The notes below the pieces were generated by a model. That model did no database searches. It saw nothing but the letters and a program-made list of their open reading frames with translations, and had not been told where the DNA came from. A stretch of DNA of 64,000 nucleotides from Tubiluchus corallicola (lineage: Eukaryota > Animalia > Priapulida): contig JAQGDQ010000178.1 of the NCBI GenBank assembly GCA_030141605.1, forward strand, positions 374,628 through 438,627, given 5' to 3'. The translations under genes and the position numbers were made by a program. Below, piece by piece: positions 60,480-64,000 of the stretch. The first letter of the stretch is position 1; each line of letters begins with the position of its first letter.

Positions 60480-63400
60480 TCTTGAACACGACCATCCTAA
60501 AAACCTTGTTTCACCTGAACACGACCATCTTAAAAATCTTGTTTCACCTAAACACGACCGTCCTAAAAATTTTGTTTCACCTGAACATGACCGTCCTAAA
60601 TATCTTGTTTCACCTGAACACGACCGTCCTAAAAATCTTGTTTCACCTAAACATGACCGTCCTAAAAATTTTGTTTCATCTGAATATGACCGTCCTAAAA
60701 ATCTTGTTTCTCCTGAACATGACTGTCCTAAAAATCTTGTTTCACCTGAACATGACTGTCCTAAAAATCTTGTTTCACCTGACCACGACCGTCCTAAAAA
60801 TCTTGTTTCACCTGAACACGACCGTCCTAAAAATCTTGTTTTATCTGAATATGACCGTCCTAAAAATCTTGTTTCACCTGAAAATGACCGTCCTAAAAAT
60901 CTTGTTTCACCTGAATATGACCGTCCTAAAAATCTTGTTTCACCTGAACACGACCATCCTAAAAATCTCGTTCTTCCTGAACACGACAGTCCTAAAAACC
61001 TTGTTTCACCTGAACATGACTGTCCTAAAAATCTTGTTTCTCCTGAACATGACTGTCCAAAAAATCTTGTTTCACCTGAACACAAACGTCCTAAAAATCT
61101 TGTTTCACCTGAGACCGTCCTAAAAATCTTGTTTCATCTGAATATGACGGTCCTAAAAATCTTGTTTCACCTGAACACGACCGTCCTAAAAATCTTGTTT
61201 CACCTGAACATGACTGTCCTAAAAATCTTGTTTCACCTGAGCACGACCGTCCTAAAAATCTTGTTTCATCTGAATATGACCGTCCCAGAAATCTTGTTTC
61301 ACCTGAACACGAACGTCCTAAAAAATATTGTTTCTCCTGAACATGACAGTCCTAAAAATCTTGTTTTCCTGAACACGACTGTCATAAAAATCTTGTTTCT
61401 CCTGAACATGACCGTCCTAAAAATCTTGTCTCACCTGAACACGACTGTCCTAAAAATTTTGTTTCACCTGAACACGACTGTCCCAAAAATCTTGTTTCAC
61501 CTGAACATGACCGTCCTAAAAATCTTGTTTCTCCCAAACACGACTGTCCTAAAAATCTTGTTTCACCTGAACACGACTGTCCTAAAAATCTTGTTTCTCC
61601 TGAACATGACCATCCTAAAAGTCTTGTTTCATCTGAATATGACCGTCCTAAAAATTTTGTTTCACCTGAACACGACTGTCCCAAAAATCTTGTTTCACCT
61701 GAACATGACCGTCCTAAAAATCTTGTTTCCTGAACACGACAGTCCTAAAAATCTTGTTTCTCCTGAATATGACCATGCTAAAAATCTTGTTTCTCCTGAA
61801 CATGACCGTCCTAAAAATCTGGTTTTCCTGAACATGACTGTCCTAAAAATCTTGTTTCACCTGAACATGACTGTCCTAAAAATCTTGTTTCACCTGAATA
61901 CAACCGTCCTAAAAATCTTGTTTCACCTGAACACGACCGTCCTAAAAATCTTGTTTCACCTGAATATGACCGTCCTAAAAGACTCGTTCCACCTGAATAC
62001 AACCGTCCTAAAAATCTTGTTTTACCTGAACACGACCGTCCTAAAAATCTTGTTCACCTGAAAATGACCGTCCGAAAAGTCTTGTTTCCCCTGAATACAA
62101 CCATCCTGAAAATCTTGCTTCTCCTGAACATGACTGTCCTAAAAATCTTGTTTCACCTGAACACAACTGCACTAAAAATCTTGTTTCACCTGAACATGAC
62201 TGTCCTAAAAATCTTGTTTCACCTGAGACCGTCCAAAAAATCTTTTTTATCTGAATATGACCGTCCTAAAAATCTTATTTCACCTGAACACGACCGTCCT
62301 AAAAATCTTGTTTCATCTGAATATGACCGTCCTAAAAATCTTGTTTCACCTGAACACGACCGTCCTAAAAATCTTGTTTCACCTGAACACGACTGTCCTA
62401 AAAATCTTGTTTCACCTGAACACGACCGTCCTAAAAATCTTGTTTTATCTGAATATGACCGTCCTAAAAATCTTGTTTCATCTGAACACGACCGTCCTAA
62501 AAATCTTGTTTCACCTGAATATGACCGTCCTAAAAGACTTGTTCCACCTCAATACAACCGTCCTACGAATCTCGTTTTTCCTGAACACGACAGCCCTAAA
62601 AATCTAGTTTCTCCTGAATACGACCATCCTGAAAATCTTGTTTCTCCTGAACATGACAGACCTAGAAATCTTGTTTCACCTGAAAATGACCGTCTGAAAA
62701 GTCTTTTTTCTCCTGAATACGACCATCCTAAAAATCTTATTTCACCTGAACATGACCGTCCTAAAAATCTTGTTTCACCTGAATATGACCATCCTAAAAA
62801 TCTTGTTTCTCCTGAACACGACCGTCCTAAAAATCTTATTTTATCTGAATACGACCATCCTAAAAATCTTATTTCACCTGAACATGAGTGTCCTAAAAAT
62901 CTTGTTTCACCTGAATATGACCATCCTAAAAATCTTGTTTCTCCTGAACACGACCGTCCTAAAAATCTCGTTTCACCTGAATATGACCGTCCTAAAATCT
63001 TGTTTCCTGAACACGACAGTCCTAAAAATCTTGTTTCTCCTGAATATGACCATGCTAAAAATCTTGTTTCTCCTGAACATGACCGTCCTAAAAATCTGGT
63101 TTCATCTGAATATGACCGTCCTAAAAATCTTGTTTCACCTGAACACAACCGTCCTAAAAATCTTGTTTCATCTGAATATGACCATCCTAAAAATCTCATT
63201 TTTCCTGAACACGACAGACCTAAAAATCTTGTTTCTCCTGAATACGACCATCCTGAAAATCTTGTTTCTCCTGAACATGACAGACCTAGAAATCTTGTTT
63301 CACCTGAACACGAACGTCCTAAAAAATATTGTTTCTCCTGAACATGACAAACCTAAAAATCTGGTTTCACCTGAATACGACCATCCTAAAAATCTTGGTT

Positions 63401-64000
63401 CACCTGAACATGACTGTCCTAAAACTCTTGTTTTTCCTGAACACGACTGTCATAAAAATCTTGTTTCTCCTGAACATGACCATCCTAAAAATCTTGTTTC
63501 ACCTGAACACGACCGTCCTAAAAATCTTGTTTCACCTGAACACGACTGTCCCAAAAATCTTGTTTCACCTGAACATGACCGTCCTAAAAATCTTGTTTCT
63601 CCCGAACACGACTGTCCTAAAAATCTTGTTTCACCTGAACACGACTGTCCTAAAAATCTTGTTTCTCCTGAACATGACCATCCTAAAAATCTTGTTTCAC
63701 CTGAACACGACCGTCCTAAAAATCTTGTTTCACCTGAACACGACTGTCCCAAAAATCTTGTTTCACCTGAACATGACCGTCCTAAAAATCTTGTTTCTCC
63801 CGAACACGACTGTCCTAAAAATCTTGTTTCACCTGAACACGACTGTCCTAAAAATCTTGTTTCTCCTGAACATGACCATCCTAAAAATCTTGTTTCACCT
63901 GAACACGACCGTCCTAAAAATCTTGTTTCACCTGAACACGACCGTCCTAAAAATCTTGTTTCACCTGAATATGACCGTCCTAAAAGACTTGTTTCACCTT
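60480..64000. repeat. 33-bp minisatellite (CCTGAACACGACCGTCCTAAAAATCTTGTTTCA)n, over 100 copies, runs off the window
   Basis: Direct reading; scattered indels and repeated blocks of variant units. Confidence 0.97.

Noticed and set aside
60433-63752. Long ORFs (542, 425, 216 aa etc.) with PEHDRPKNLVS / LNTTVLKILFH / SGETRFLGRSC repeats
   Set aside because: Products of a stop-free 33-bp minisatellite; frequent frame-shifting indels switch the repeat peptide within an ORF
50880-64000. CRISPR-like appearance of the regular repeats
   Set aside because: No unique spacers and no cas genes; eukaryotic context; plain tandem repeats

Overview
Eukaryotic (invertebrate metazoan-like, AT-rich, intron-rich) DNA. 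Almost the whole window (60..59836, minus strand) is one multi-exon polycystin-1/REJ-family gene (PKD1-like). I reconstructed 52 phase-compatible exons by hand (~10.3 kb CDS, ~3,430 codons; the 5' end lies beyond the exons I could place). Domain order N->C: SUEL/Gal-lectin, 15 EGF exons (7 from a near-perfect 500-bp exon+intron tandem array), PKD-like/REJ, GAIN interrupted by a 41-Cys insert with mirror-symmetric Cys spacing and by an extra extracellular PLAT domain, GPS (HM|S), TM1, canonical PLAT, TM/TOP/channel domain, short basic tail. Introns contain a decayed full-length Ty3/Gypsy LTR element (16916..21371), a head-to-tail non-autonomous Helitron dimer (33900..35534), LINE fragments, MITEs, a ~310-bp foldback and microsatellites. 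A 33-bp minisatellite fills 60480..64000. All calls are from manual reading; no searches were run.
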